Shown: piece by piece, positions 9,701-20,219 of the stretch
How the letters are laid out: each line of letters starts with the position of its first letter
Numbering within the stretch: position 1 is the first letter of the stretch
Source of the DNA: an uncultured Trueperaceae bacterium
GTDB taxonomy: Bacteria > Deinococcota > Deinococci > Deinococcales > Trueperaceae
Reading direction: 5' to 3'
Assembly: GCA_963727505.1 (NCBI GenBank)
Contig: CAVSGP010000005.1
Coordinates: 192,001 to 256,000 of the forward strand
DNA length: 64,000 nt
Program-made: the position numbers and the translations under genes
The notes under the pieces: model-generated
Databases searched by the model: none
The model's input: only the letters and a program-made list of their open reading frames with translations
What the model was told of the DNA's origin: nothing

Positions 9701-10283
9701 CGCTGTAGCGCACGCGCATCGCCAGCCGCACGGCGTCCTCCCGCAGGGGATCCTCCCGCAGAAGCCGGTCCAGCACCGCCAGCGCTTCCGGACCGCGACC
9801 GGCCCCCAGATAGCGTTCGGCCAGCTCCAGCAGCACGCCGAGCAGCACGGCCCGCAGGCGTTCGCGCTCGACGAGCAGCCACTCGTCGTCTTGGTCCGTC
9901 AGGAGGTGGTCGGCGTAGAGGGCGGCGGCGCGCTCGAGGTCCCCGCGGGCGGCCGCTTCCTCGAACGCGCATGCGTCGACCCACAGGTTGGCGTCGCGCA
10001 TGAGCCCGACGCGCGAGCCGTCGGTGAGGACCCACGTCCCGGCTGTAGGATCGGGCAGCGCCTGCTTGAGGTAGTGGAGGTGGCGCCGAAGGTTGGTGCG
10101 CGCCTGGTCGGGATCGCTGTCGGGCCACAGCGCCCCCGCAACCGTGCGCCGGTCCTGCGGCGTCGGGTGCAGCGCCAGGTAGGCCAGCAACGGACCGGTG
10201 CGCGGCGGAGCGGAGAGCGGGAGGGGCCGCGCATCGACAGCGACCCTGAGCGGGCCGAACAGGTACACCCGCATCCTACCCAT
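6768..10283 (-). CDS. AfsR/SARP-family STAND regulator: wHTH + BTAD + P-loop NTPase + TPR repeats
   Basis: VYLFGPLRV..LLAYLAL..LWPD..ARTNLR; BTAD EWLLVERERLR, DPLREDAVRLAMR; FAGRARELAAL, Walker A GPAGIGKS, Walker B LLALEDLQ, GNPLLISEL, FGHQLMREAIY; TPR-like C-terminal half. Confidence 0.92.
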   Translation of the reverse strand: MGRMRVYLFGPLRVAVDARPLPLSAPPRTGPLLAYLALHPTPQDRRTVAGALWPDSDPDQARTNLRRHLHYLKQALPDPTAGTWVLTDGSRVGLMRDANLWVDACAFEEAAARGDLERAAALYADHLLTDQDDEWLLVERERLRAVLLGVLLELAERYLGAGRGPEALAVLDRLLREDPLREDAVRLAMRVRYSAGDRAGALAVYDRFSDLLATELRVEPMQQTRALFEALVRELDPPSEAAPARAGAPPQLPFAGRARELAALGDRWDRARAGRGGLVLLAGPAGIGKSRLLRRLAQRAETDEGRALAGGTSEPEASPYQAVAEALRPVFNLLVAAGDRSAPWRRVLAGALPAATPTMPAGPPLPELPPDRERARLFHAVSRALLDLAGTRPLLLALEDLQGAGEASVALLEHLAQRARDAPLLIVATYRDDRLGPGHPLRALRRRLEEAGSLDAIALAGLDTEAIATLLARLEPAAVAPEEVAALEAASAGNPLLISELLHEAATDAGGVDTGGVDTTTPPAPCAPMLPRTGPDWSELVPDGVRRRVTARLEHLTPEARTFAGAAAVVGESFRLETVRDVLALDEREALDALDLLLDARLLRERRAGSFTFGHQLMREAIYRSVDPSARARYHRRAAHALERVGMSDASAATLARHYDLGGEPDRAARHGLRAAREALEAGAGEEARSLASWSLTLAREPRLRIELHRLAEDAARRRGDREQQRLQLDAMSALAEALGDEQASFDADVRRVALLRELGRRAAEAELLERLADRATADGRPAWRAHAALLRAGYDLALGDPSAAEERLSEAAALAEQIHDRRLSLAAACLGVHVALAAGRPEQVHQHLDAAQQAGAADEPELVAEALRAALQAAIGEEAFEDAFELTARVLRLALDTGDRSLEADAHQYRAVSAARLTRLAEAKAHYRVAERLYRELERPQGLAAVSLNRGVLDLRLGDHAAAAERLERAAQLFARLGDRRGETLCVLNGSSALLYGRRHEDARRAALRALALARGAGNDLLAASALSNLGDAERHLGARDDAIEHLCQALAIERRLGRDASSANALCELALAYLEEGRLEQASAAADELLALLEKRDDELLHPQQVAWVAARVRHGQGEEAAARALARRASERLRTMADAIDGETARAAFLDMEFNREIAEAADGAPWP

Positions 10284-10383
10284 CCCCCCTCCGTTGTGGA
10301 TGGCGACACCCTAGCACCGCTTCGTGAAGCACGGCGAGGCAGATGTCGCATCGGCTCGGGGAGCCCTCAGGCGGGCAGCTGGG

Positions 10384-10707
10384 TCAGTTCTTGGAAGGGC
10401 GGGCGCGCTCCAGGAGCATCGCTACCGACACCGGCTCGCGCGGCTGGAGTCCGTCGATGATGCCGCCGCGGGCGACGAAGGCGGCCACCGTCTCGTAGGC
10501 CTGCTGCGCCTCCTCGGCGCTCTCGCTGTCGAACAGCACGGCCTCGCGACCGGACGGCAGGACCGCAACCAGCTCGAGGTAGTCCGGCTCGAGCGTGTCG
10601 TCCTCCGCGCCATCGAGCTCGGTGCCTTCGGGGAAGACCTCCAGCAGCTCGATGCTCTCTACCAGCGCGACGTTGATGAGCTTGGCGTCCAGCGTCCACA
10701 TCCACAC
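10384..10707 (-). CDS. Acidic hypothetical protein
   Basis: GTG start with AGGAGA RBS; MWMWTLDAKLINVALVESIELLEV..., globular composition. Confidence 0.7.
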   Translation of the reverse strand: MWMWTLDAKLINVALVESIELLEVFPEGTELDGAEDDTLEPDYLELVAVLPSGREAVLFDSESAEEAQQAYETVAAFVARGGIIDGLQPREPVSVAMLLERARPSKN

Positions 10708-10828
10708 GGTTCCGTCTCCTTGGGGCGCCGCTGGGCCACGGCCGGCGCATGTCATCCGCGGGCCGCTCCGGCGCGTCCGCGCCAGAGCATAGCGCACCGC
10801 CGCGAACCTTCGCACCGGGCAGGCGTTC

Positions 10829-11650
10829 TCACGGGGTCGGCCCCACGCGCTCGATCTCCACGGCCCGGCCGCCGCGCGCCCGGACCAGTACCGCCCCGAG
10901 CTCCGCCGGTCCCTGCGCGAAGCCGCCCCGCCCCCGGACCGGGCGGCGGTGGCGCAGGGCGTCGACGAAGACCTCGGGGGCGTAACCCTGCATGCCGCCA
11001 CCAGGTCCGGTCATCCCCACGTCGCTGACGTAGGCGGTGCCGCCCGGCAACACGCGGTCGTCGAGCGTGGGCACGTGGGTGTGTGTGCCCAGCACCGCGG
11101 CGACGCGCCCGGCCACCGACCAGGCGAAGATCTGCTTCTCGCTGACCGATTCGCCGTGGAAGTCGACGAGCACCAGATCGACCGGCTCCGCGCGCCAACG
11201 CTCGAGCTGTCGCACGAGGGCGTCGTAGGGCGCCTGCACGCCGGGCATGGCGGTCGCGCTGACCAGGCTGACCACGCCCAGCCGGACCCCCGCCCGCGCC
11301 ACCACGACCGCCCCGCGACCGGGCGCCTCGCCGTGGATGTTGAGCGGTCGCGCCACCTCGGGCTCCGCCAAGGCGGCGATGGTCTCGGCACTGTCCCAGG
11401 AGTGGTTGCCGCCGGTGATGGCGTCTACGCCGAGCGCGCGCAAGCGCTCCACGTCGTGGCGCGTCATGCCCGCGCCGGCCACCGCGTTCTCCCCCGTGAG
11501 CGAGGCGTTCTCGGCGTTGGCGACAACGAAGTGGGGGTGCAGCCGTTGCCGGAGGCGGGGCAACGCCACGGCCAGCAGATCGAGCCCCGCATCGCCGACG
11601 ATGTCGCCGATGAACAGCAGGTGGATGTCGCGGTCGGCCGGCGCGGCCAT
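10829..11650 (-). CDS. ymdB: YmdB/TIGR00282-family metallophosphoesterase
   Basis: LFIGDIVG, NAENA, GNHSWD, VDFHGESVSEK, GTHTHVPT, SDVGMTGP. Confidence 0.92.
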   Translation of the reverse strand: MAAPADRDIHLLFIGDIVGDAGLDLLAVALPRLRQRLHPHFVVANAENASLTGENAVAGAGMTRHDVERLRALGVDAITGGNHSWDSAETIAALAEPEVARPLNIHGEAPGRGAVVVARAGVRLGVVSLVSATAMPGVQAPYDALVRQLERWRAEPVDLVLVDFHGESVSEKQIFAWSVAGRVAAVLGTHTHVPTLDDRVLPGGTAYVSDVGMTGPGGGMQGYAPEVFVDALRHRRPVRGRGGFAQGPAELGAVLVRARGGRAVEIERVGPTP

Positions 11651-11733
11651 GGTCGAGTCCAGTGTCGCACGCCGCCGATCCTAGCCTGCGTGTAAGAGTT
11701 CCGTGCACGCCGGGTTCCTACACTTCGGGAACG

Positions 11734-13443
11734 ATGCGACGCCTGCTCTTCCTGGTCGCTCCCCCCGTCTTCTGGAGTGCATACATCGTGGACTTCCCGT
11801 ACCTCTATGGTCACATCGGGGACCACACCCGCCTGGTGGGTCTGGCGTTGGTCGCCGTCACCGCCTGGTTGTGGGGGACCCCCGGCGGGCTCCTCAACGG
11901 CCTGATCGGCCTGGTGCTGAGCGAGGGGCTGATCTCGATCATGCAAGGCGGGGCCTTCACCCTCCCTGCCGTGGCGGGCGGCGACGATCTGTTCAAGGCG
12001 CTCGCCTTCGGTGGCGCGGGCCTCGGGTTCGGCTACCTGCGCAACGCGCGCGACCAGATGGAGCACCATCGCAGCGCCTTCGAGCTGGCTCAGCTCGACC
12101 CCCTCACGGGCCTGCTCAACCGGGCGGGTTTCCACGAGAAGCTCACCGAGGTGTTGGAGCAGGCGCGCGAGGAGGGCACCCTGGTGGCGTTCCTGTTCGT
12201 CGACCTCGACCGCTTCAAGTTCGTCAACGACACCTACGGTCACGAGGTCGGCGACGCGCTGCTCAAGAAGGTCGGGCGGGCGCTGCGCGACAGCGTGCGC
12301 GACGACGATCTGGTGGGGCGCCTGGGCGGTGACGAGTTCACCGTGGCCCTGCTGCACCTACACGATGCCAAGGACGCCAGCCTGGTGGCACGAAACATGG
12401 TGCGCGTGCTGAGCGCCCCGCTGTCGATCGACGACCGCGAGCTGCGCATCTCGGCCAGCGTCGGCGTCAGTCTCTTCCCGCGCGACGGCGATAACGTCGA
12501 GGCGCTCACCCGCAGCGCCGACACGGCCATGTACGAGGTCAAGGACGGTGGCAAGAACTCCTTCCACTTCTCCTCCATGGAGATGCGCTCGCGCGTCAGC
12601 CGCCGGCTCGAGCTCGAGCGCGAGCTGCGTGATGCCATCACGAACCAGGAGTTCGAGCTGGTCTACCAGCCGCAGGTCGAGCTGGATTCGGGCCGGCTGG
12701 TGGCTTTCGAAGCGCTGCTGCGCTGGTCCAACCCGAAACTCGGCAAGGTGTCGCCGGGCGAGTTCATCCCGGTGGCGGAGGAGGCGGGCTACATCGGCAA
12801 GCTCGGTCACTGGATCCTGCGCGAGGCCTGCTTCCAGTCGCGGGCCTGGCAGAAGGCGGGCCTGAGGCCGGTGCGCATGGCGGTGAACGTGTCCACGCTG
12901 CAGTTCCGGCAGTTCGGGTTCCTCGCCACCGTTCAGGGCGCCCTTGCTGACAGCGGCATCGACCCGTCGCTGCTCGAGATCGAGATCACCGAGAGCGTGC
13001 TCGCCAAAGAGTACGAGCTGGCCATGAACACCGTCACGCGGCTCGGCCGCATGGGCGTGCGGACCGCCTTGGACGACTTCGGCACCGGCTACTCCTCGCT
13101 GGCGTACCTGCAGCACCTTCCCATCGCCAGCCTGAAGATCGACCAATCGTTCGTGATGGCGCTCCACAACGCCCCCGGCATCGATCACGTGAGCGCCGTC
13201 CCGATCGTCGAGGCGATCGTGGCGATGGCCCACAAACTGCGTAAGACGATCGTGGCGGAGGGCGTCGAGACCGAGGCACAGCGACGCTTCCTCCAGCAGC
13301 TCGGGGTGGACTACGCCCAGGGCTTCCACTTCGCCAAGCCGATGACGCGCCAGCGGGCAGAGCGCCTGCTGGAGCGCAAGGAGCGCGACCGCACGCCGAT
13401 CCCCGACATGCAGGATCCAACCCCCCTGCTGCTGCTCGACTGA
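11734..13443 (+). CDS. Membrane-anchored diguanylate cyclase/phosphodiesterase (GGDEF-EAL)
   Basis: N-terminal TM helices; DPLTGLLNR, DLDRFKFVND, RLGGDEF; FEALLRW, DDFGTGYSS, AEGVET, QGFHFAKP. Confidence 0.95.
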   Translation: MRRLLFLVAPPVFWSAYIVDFPYLYGHIGDHTRLVGLALVAVTAWLWGTPGGLLNGLIGLVLSEGLISIMQGGAFTLPAVAGGDDLFKALAFGGAGLGFGYLRNARDQMEHHRSAFELAQLDPLTGLLNRAGFHEKLTEVLEQAREEGTLVAFLFVDLDRFKFVNDTYGHEVGDALLKKVGRALRDSVRDDDLVGRLGGDEFTVALLHLHDAKDASLVARNMVRVLSAPLSIDDRELRISASVGVSLFPRDGDNVEALTRSADTAMYEVKDGGKNSFHFSSMEMRSRVSRRLELERELRDAITNQEFELVYQPQVELDSGRLVAFEALLRWSNPKLGKVSPGEFIPVAEEAGYIGKLGHWILREACFQSRAWQKAGLRPVRMAVNVSTLQFRQFGFLATVQGALADSGIDPSLLEIEITESVLAKEYELAMNTVTRLGRMGVRTALDDFGTGYSSLAYLQHLPIASLKIDQSFVMALHNAPGIDHVSAVPIVEAIVAMAHKLRKTIVAEGVETEAQRRFLQQLGVDYAQGFHFAKPMTRQRAERLLERKERDRTPIPDMQDPTPLLLLD

Positions 13444-13527
13444 GGCCGTACCTGTCATGACGGTATGCGCTCGGTAGGATGGAGCGCGGGTGCCGCGGTG
13501 CGGCGCCCTTCGAAAGGCAGGCGTTCC

Positions 13528-14979
13528 ATGACCGACCAAGCTGCCGACATCGGCCTCATCGGCCTTGCCGTGATGGGGCAGAACCTCGTACTCAACATGG
13601 AGGAGCACGGTTTCCGCGTGGCCGTGTACAACCGCACCCGGCAGAAGACGGACGACTTCCTGGCGGGCCCCGCCAGGGACCGCGCCATCGTGGGCACGGG
13701 GAGCCTCGAAGAGATGGTGGGCGCCCTGAAGCGACCCCGCCGCGTCATGCTGATGGTGCAGGCCGGCCGGGCGGTGGACGCCGTCCTCGACGAGCTGACG
13801 CCCCTGCTCCAGGAGGGCGACATCGTCATCGACGGCGGGAACTCCTTCTTCGAGGACACCATCCGGCGCGAGCGCGCGCTGCGCGAGAAGGGCCTGCACT
13901 ACCTCGGCGCCGGCGTCTCCGGCGGCGAGGAGGGCGCCCGCCACGGCCCCTCGATCATGCCCGGCGGCCCGGCACAGGCCTGGGAGCCGGTGAGGACGAT
14001 CCTGCAGGCCATCGCGGCGCAGGTCGACGGCGAGCCCTGCTGCGACTGGCTGGGCGAGGACGGTGCCGGTCACTTCGTGAAGATGGTGCACAACGGCATC
14101 GAGTACGGCGACATGCAGCTCATCGCCGAGGCGTACGACCTGCTCCGGCACGGCGTCGGCCTGACGCCTCAGGAGCTCCAGCGGGTGTTCGCGGGATGGA
14201 ACGAGGGCGACCTCGACTCCTACCTGATCGAGATCACCCGCGACATCCTGGGTACCTACGACGACGACGGGAAGCTCGTTCTCGACGTGATCCTGGACGC
14301 GGCGGGCCAGAAGGGCACGGGCCGTTGGACCGCGGTGACCGCGCTGCACCAGGGCATCCCGGTCACGCTGGTGACCGAGGCGGTGTTCGCGCGCTCGCTG
14401 TCGGCGCTGAAGGAGGAGCGGGAGGTGGCGTCCGAGCACCTGAGCGGACCGGACGCGGCCTTCGAGGGCGACCGCGACGCCTTCGTGGCGGACGTGGGTC
14501 GCGCCCTGTACGCGGCCAAGATCGCGAGCTACGCGCAGGGCTTCATGCTGCTGTCCGCTGCGGCAGCCGAGCACGATTGGTCGCTCGACCTCGGCAAGGT
14601 GGCCATGCTGTGGCGCGGCGGCTGCATCATCCGCTCGCGCTTCCTGCGCGACATCCGCGACGCCTACGCCGCCGATCCGAAGCTCCCCAATCTGCTGCTC
14701 GCCCCCTACTTCCGGGACGCCGTGGTGGGCGCGCAGGACGCCTGGCGGCGCGTGGTGGGAGAGGGCGCGAAGCTGGGCATCGCCATGCCGGCGTTCTCGG
14801 CGGCACTCGCCTTCTACGACGGCTACCGCCGCGGCCGCCTGCCGGCCAACCTCATCCAGGCGCAGCGCGACTACTTCGGGGCGCACACCTTCGAGCGGGT
14901 CGACCGCCCGCGCGGCGAGTTCAGCCACTTCGACTGGACCGGGCACGGCATCGCCACCTCGGGGAGCTATCAGGCGTGA
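13528..14979 (+). CDS. gndA: 6-phosphogluconate dehydrogenase (decarboxylating)
   Basis: IGLIGLAVMG, GVSGGEEGARHGP, KMVHNGIEYGDMQ, QKGTGRW, QAQRDYFGAHTF. Confidence 0.97.
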   Translation: MTDQAADIGLIGLAVMGQNLVLNMEEHGFRVAVYNRTRQKTDDFLAGPARDRAIVGTGSLEEMVGALKRPRRVMLMVQAGRAVDAVLDELTPLLQEGDIVIDGGNSFFEDTIRRERALREKGLHYLGAGVSGGEEGARHGPSIMPGGPAQAWEPVRTILQAIAAQVDGEPCCDWLGEDGAGHFVKMVHNGIEYGDMQLIAEAYDLLRHGVGLTPQELQRVFAGWNEGDLDSYLIEITRDILGTYDDDGKLVLDVILDAAGQKGTGRWTAVTALHQGIPVTLVTEAVFARSLSALKEEREVASEHLSGPDAAFEGDRDAFVADVGRALYAAKIASYAQGFMLLSAAAAEHDWSLDLGKVAMLWRGGCIIRSRFLRDIRDAYAADPKLPNLLLAPYFRDAVVGAQDAWRRVVGEGAKLGIAMPAFSAALAFYDGYRRGRLPANLIQAQRDYFGAHTFERVDRPRGEFSHFDWTGHGIATSGSYQA

Positions 14980-15118
14980 GGGCCGCGCCCCGTGCGGGCC
15001 GCGTCGTCCAGCGGGACAAGTGCACGCCGGAAGGCGTGCTACACTAGCTGCTTGCGGGTCGCGCTGCCTTCCCGGGCACGGGAACGCCGGGAGCGGGAGC
15101 GCCCCGCGCAGCGATGCC

Positions 15119-15187
15119 CGATTCCAGCGACGATTCCATCGACACCGGATTCCATGACGCGAATTCCATGACGCCGATTCCATGACA
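15119..15187. repeat. Five degenerate repeats with ATTCCA core in the rpoD leader
   Basis: ATTCCA at 15121, 15133, 15149, 15163 and 15177, mostly followed by TGAC. Confidence 0.8.
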
Positions 15188-15217
15188 GCACGAGCCAAGA
15201 CCAAACGGGGAGGGACG

Positions 15218-17065
<1,848 letters not shown>

Positions 17066-17082
17066 CGCGCGTCGCGCGCTGA

Positions 17083-17118
17083 GCGAAGGGCCCCGGTCTG
17101 CCGACCGGGGCCCTTCGC
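17083..17118. terminator. Terminator hairpin between rpoD and convergent dedA
   Basis: GCGAAGGGCCCCGGTC-tgcc-GACCGGGGCCCTTCGC, 16-bp stem. Confidence 0.8.
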
Positions 17119-17138
17119 ATGCGTGACCTCGCACGAGG

Positions 17139-17735
17139 TCACGAGCGCAGGTGTCGGTAGACGTACCACCCCGCAGCGGCCACGACCAGTGCGACGATGA
17201 CCACGTCGAATCGGTGGAACCAGCCACCGAGCGTGTGCCAGTGCTCCCCCAGCAGCTCGCCGATCCAGGCGAGCGCGAGCGACCACACGAACGAGCCGAC
17301 GAACGTGTAGGCGTTGAAGCGCCACAGGTTCATGCGCGTCATGCCGCCCGGGAAACCGATGTAGGTGCGCACCACGGGGAGCATCCGGCCGACCAGGATG
17401 GTGAGGTCGCCGTGCCGCTCGAACCAGCGGTCCGCGCGGTCGAGGTCATCGATCGAGACCAGCACGTACGACCCGTAGCGCTCCAGCAAGGGCCGGCCGC
17501 CCCAAGCGCCCAGGGCGTAGGCGGCCATCGAGCCCACCACCGATCCCGTGGCGCCGGCCAGCGCGACAAGCCACAGGGAGAAGCGGCCGGTGGCGACGAG
17601 GTAGCCGGAGAACGGCAGGATCACCTCGGAAGGGAGCGGGATGCAGGCGCTCTCGATGGCCATGAGCCCCGCGACACCGAGGTACCCGAGACTGGAGATG
17701 GCGTGGGTGATGAAGGATGCGATGGTCGCGAGCAT
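17139..17735 (-). CDS. DedA family membrane protein
   Basis: LMAIESACIPLPSEVILPFSG, GRMLPVVRTYIGFPGG, FNAYTFVGSFVW. Confidence 0.93.
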   Translation of the reverse strand: MLATIASFITHAISSLGYLGVAGLMAIESACIPLPSEVILPFSGYLVATGRFSLWLVALAGATGSVVGSMAAYALGAWGGRPLLERYGSYVLVSIDDLDRADRWFERHGDLTILVGRMLPVVRTYIGFPGGMTRMNLWRFNAYTFVGSFVWSLALAWIGELLGEHWHTLGGWFHRFDVVIVALVVAAAGWYVYRHLRS

Positions 17736-17897
17736 GGTCGGCGTGACTCCTTGAGGATGGCGGGGTTCCGTTGCCGGGCCGCCGTCGGGGACGCGAGGCG
17801 ACGCCCGCGGGTGAGGATACTCCGGTTCCGGGCGCCGCGTCGGTAGCGCCGAAGCCGGAGCCGGTAGACTGGGCGGGATGCAGCCCGAGGGGGGACG

Positions 17898-18818
17898 ATG
17901 CGCGTCGTTCGAGTAGGGATCGTGATCGTGGTGGTGCTGGCGGCCGCGTACGGCGTGCTGGCGCTGGTGGTGAAGCCGCGCCCGCGCGCGGCCTACCTCG
18001 ACGCTCTGCCCAGGGGGGTGACGGTGCTGGCGCACCAGGGCGGTGACGGACTGTGGCCGGGGGACACCCTGTATGCGTTCCGCCACGCCGCGGCGCTCGG
18101 CGCCGACGTGCTCGAGCTCGACATCCACGAGAGCGCCGACCACCGTATCGTGGTCATCCACGACGACACCGTCGACCGGACCACCGACGGCCACGGCGAC
18201 GTAAAACTGATGACGCTGGCCGAGCTGCAGGCGCTGGACGCCGGCTACCGCTGGTCGCCCGACCGGCAGGGGCAGACCTTCCCCTACCGCGGTCAGGGCA
18301 TCCGCATCCCGACCCTGCAGGCGGTCTTCGACGCCTTCCCCGGCAAGCCCATCAACATCGAGATCAAGCCCGACGACGTGCGGGTGGCGGGCGACCTGTG
18401 CCGGCTGATCCGCTCGAACGATCGCCAGAGCACGGTGATGGTGGTCTCCTTCCACGCGACCGCCATCCGCGCCTTCCGCAAGGACTGCCCCTCGGTGGCC
18501 ACGGCGGGCGACCCCACCGAGATCGAGGTGTTCTACGCGCTGGCGCGCGCCCGCCTGGCGCACGTCTTCACGCCGCCGACCGACGCGCTGCAGGTGCCCG
18601 AGAGCCAGGCCGGGCTGACGGTGGTCACGCCCCACTTCGTGAGCGCGGCGCACGACCGGGGGGTGCTGGTGCACGTCTGGACCATCGACGGCAAGACCGA
18701 CATGCAGCGCCTCATGGCCATGGGCGTCGACGGCCTCATCACCGACCGTCCCGACCGTCTCCTCGAGCTGCTGGGGCGCCCCCACGACGTGACGCTGGCA
18801 CCCGGCGTCGCGCCCTGA
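17898..18818 (+). CDS. Glycerophosphodiester phosphodiesterase (exported or membrane-anchored)
   Basis: N-terminal TM; AHQGG, ELDIH, VVIHDDTVDRTT, NIEIK, WTID, GVDGLITDRPD. Confidence 0.92.
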   Translation: MRVVRVGIVIVVVLAAAYGVLALVVKPRPRAAYLDALPRGVTVLAHQGGDGLWPGDTLYAFRHAAALGADVLELDIHESADHRIVVIHDDTVDRTTDGHGDVKLMTLAELQALDAGYRWSPDRQGQTFPYRGQGIRIPTLQAVFDAFPGKPINIEIKPDDVRVAGDLCRLIRSNDRQSTVMVVSFHATAIRAFRKDCPSVATAGDPTEIEVFYALARARLAHVFTPPTDALQVPESQAGLTVVTPHFVSAAHDRGVLVHVWTIDGKTDMQRLMAMGVDGLITDRPDRLLELLGRPHDVTLAPGVAP

Positions 18819-18901
18819 GCGGGGACTGCCCGCCGGTCGTTGTCGCACGGCGCCTGGTGCCGAAACGCCGCTGCCCGGGTGCGGGATAGACTGCTCCCAC
18901 G

Positions 18902-20131
18902 GTGCTCGACGGCCTCTTCGTGCTCGATCTCAGCCGCGTCCTGGCGGGTCCCTACTGTACGCAGCTCCTCGCCGATCTGGGTGCGCGCGTGGTCAAGGTG
19001 GAGTCGCCCCGCGGCGACGATACCCGCGGTTGGGGACCGCCCTTCGTGGGTCGGGAGAGCGCCTACTTCCTTTCGGTCAACCGGGGCAAGGAGAGCGTTG
19101 CGGTCGACCTGAAGGACCCCCGCGGCCGCGACGCGGTGCGGCGCCTGGCAGAGCGCGCCGACGTCGTGGTGGAGAACTTCAAGGTGGGTGATCTCGCCCG
19201 CTACGGCCTCGACTACGCTTCGCTCGTCGACCGGAACCCCGGCCTGGTGTACGCCTCGATCACGGGTTTCGGACAGGACGGCCCGCGCGCGCCCGAACCC
19301 GGATACGACGCCGCTCTGCAGGCGCTCAGCGGCCTCATGGAGCTGACCGGCGAGGAGGGTCGCCCGCCGGTCAAGCTGGGCGTGGCCTGGATCGACGTGC
19401 TCACCGGCTCGCACGCCGCGACGGCGGTGCTGGCGGCGCTGGTCGCGCGGGGCCGGAGCGGGCGCGGTGCCCATCTCGACATCGCGCTGTTCGACGTTGC
19501 GCTGGCGAGCCTGGTCAACCAGGCGCAGAGTGCGCTGGCCACCGGTGAGGCCCCCCGGCGGCTGGGCAGTGCCCACCCCAGCATCGTGCCCTACCAGGCG
19601 TTCCAGGCCGCCGACGGCGCGCTCATGATCGCGGTGGGCAACGACGAGCAGTTCCGCCGGCTGTGCGAGGCGCTCGAGCTCCCCGAGCTGGCGCACGACG
19701 CCCGCTACGCCAGCAACGCCGGCCGCGTGCAGGCGCGCGACGCGCTGGTGCCCGTGCTGGCCGAACGCCTGAAGGACCGTTCCCGGGACGCCTGGCTGGA
19801 GGCGCTCCGCCGCGCCGGCGTGCCCGCCACCCCGGTGGCGACGCTGCCGGAGGCGCTGGCCGACCCGCAGACCGTCGCCCGCGGCCTGCTGGTGCAGGGC
19901 GAGCACCCCGGCATCGGAAGACTTCGCATGGTGGGGAGCCCGCTGTGGCACGCCCGCGGGCCGGACGGCGAGCCGCTCGGCCTGATGCCGGAGGCGGGCG
20001 CCAGCCCGGTCCCGCCGCGCCTGGGCGAGCACAGCCGCACCGTGTTGCGGGGCGACCTGGGCATGAGCGCCGGGGAGATCGACGCGCTGGTGAGCGCCGG
20101 CGTGATCCGCGCCGGCCCGCCCGACGGCTGA
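18902..20131 (+). CDS. CaiB/BaiF family III CoA-transferase
   Basis: VLDLSRVLAGP, LADLGARVVKVE, NRGKES, DVVVENFK, SITGFG, PPRLGEHS. Confidence 0.95.
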   Translation: MLDGLFVLDLSRVLAGPYCTQLLADLGARVVKVESPRGDDTRGWGPPFVGRESAYFLSVNRGKESVAVDLKDPRGRDAVRRLAERADVVVENFKVGDLARYGLDYASLVDRNPGLVYASITGFGQDGPRAPEPGYDAALQALSGLMELTGEEGRPPVKLGVAWIDVLTGSHAATAVLAALVARGRSGRGAHLDIALFDVALASLVNQAQSALATGEAPRRLGSAHPSIVPYQAFQAADGALMIAVGNDEQFRRLCEALELPELAHDARYASNAGRVQARDALVPVLAERLKDRSRDAWLEALRRAGVPATPVATLPEALADPQTVARGLLVQGEHPGIGRLRMVGSPLWHARGPDGEPLGLMPEAGASPVPPRLGEHSRTVLRGDLGMSAGEIDALVSAGVIRAGPPDG

Positions 20132-20219
20132 CCGGGCGCCGGGGCCGCCGCAGGTCTAGCCAAGAGGACCGCCGCTCAACGCCACCGGGTTGGAGCAAGC
20201 TGGTTGTGGCGGGACCTGC

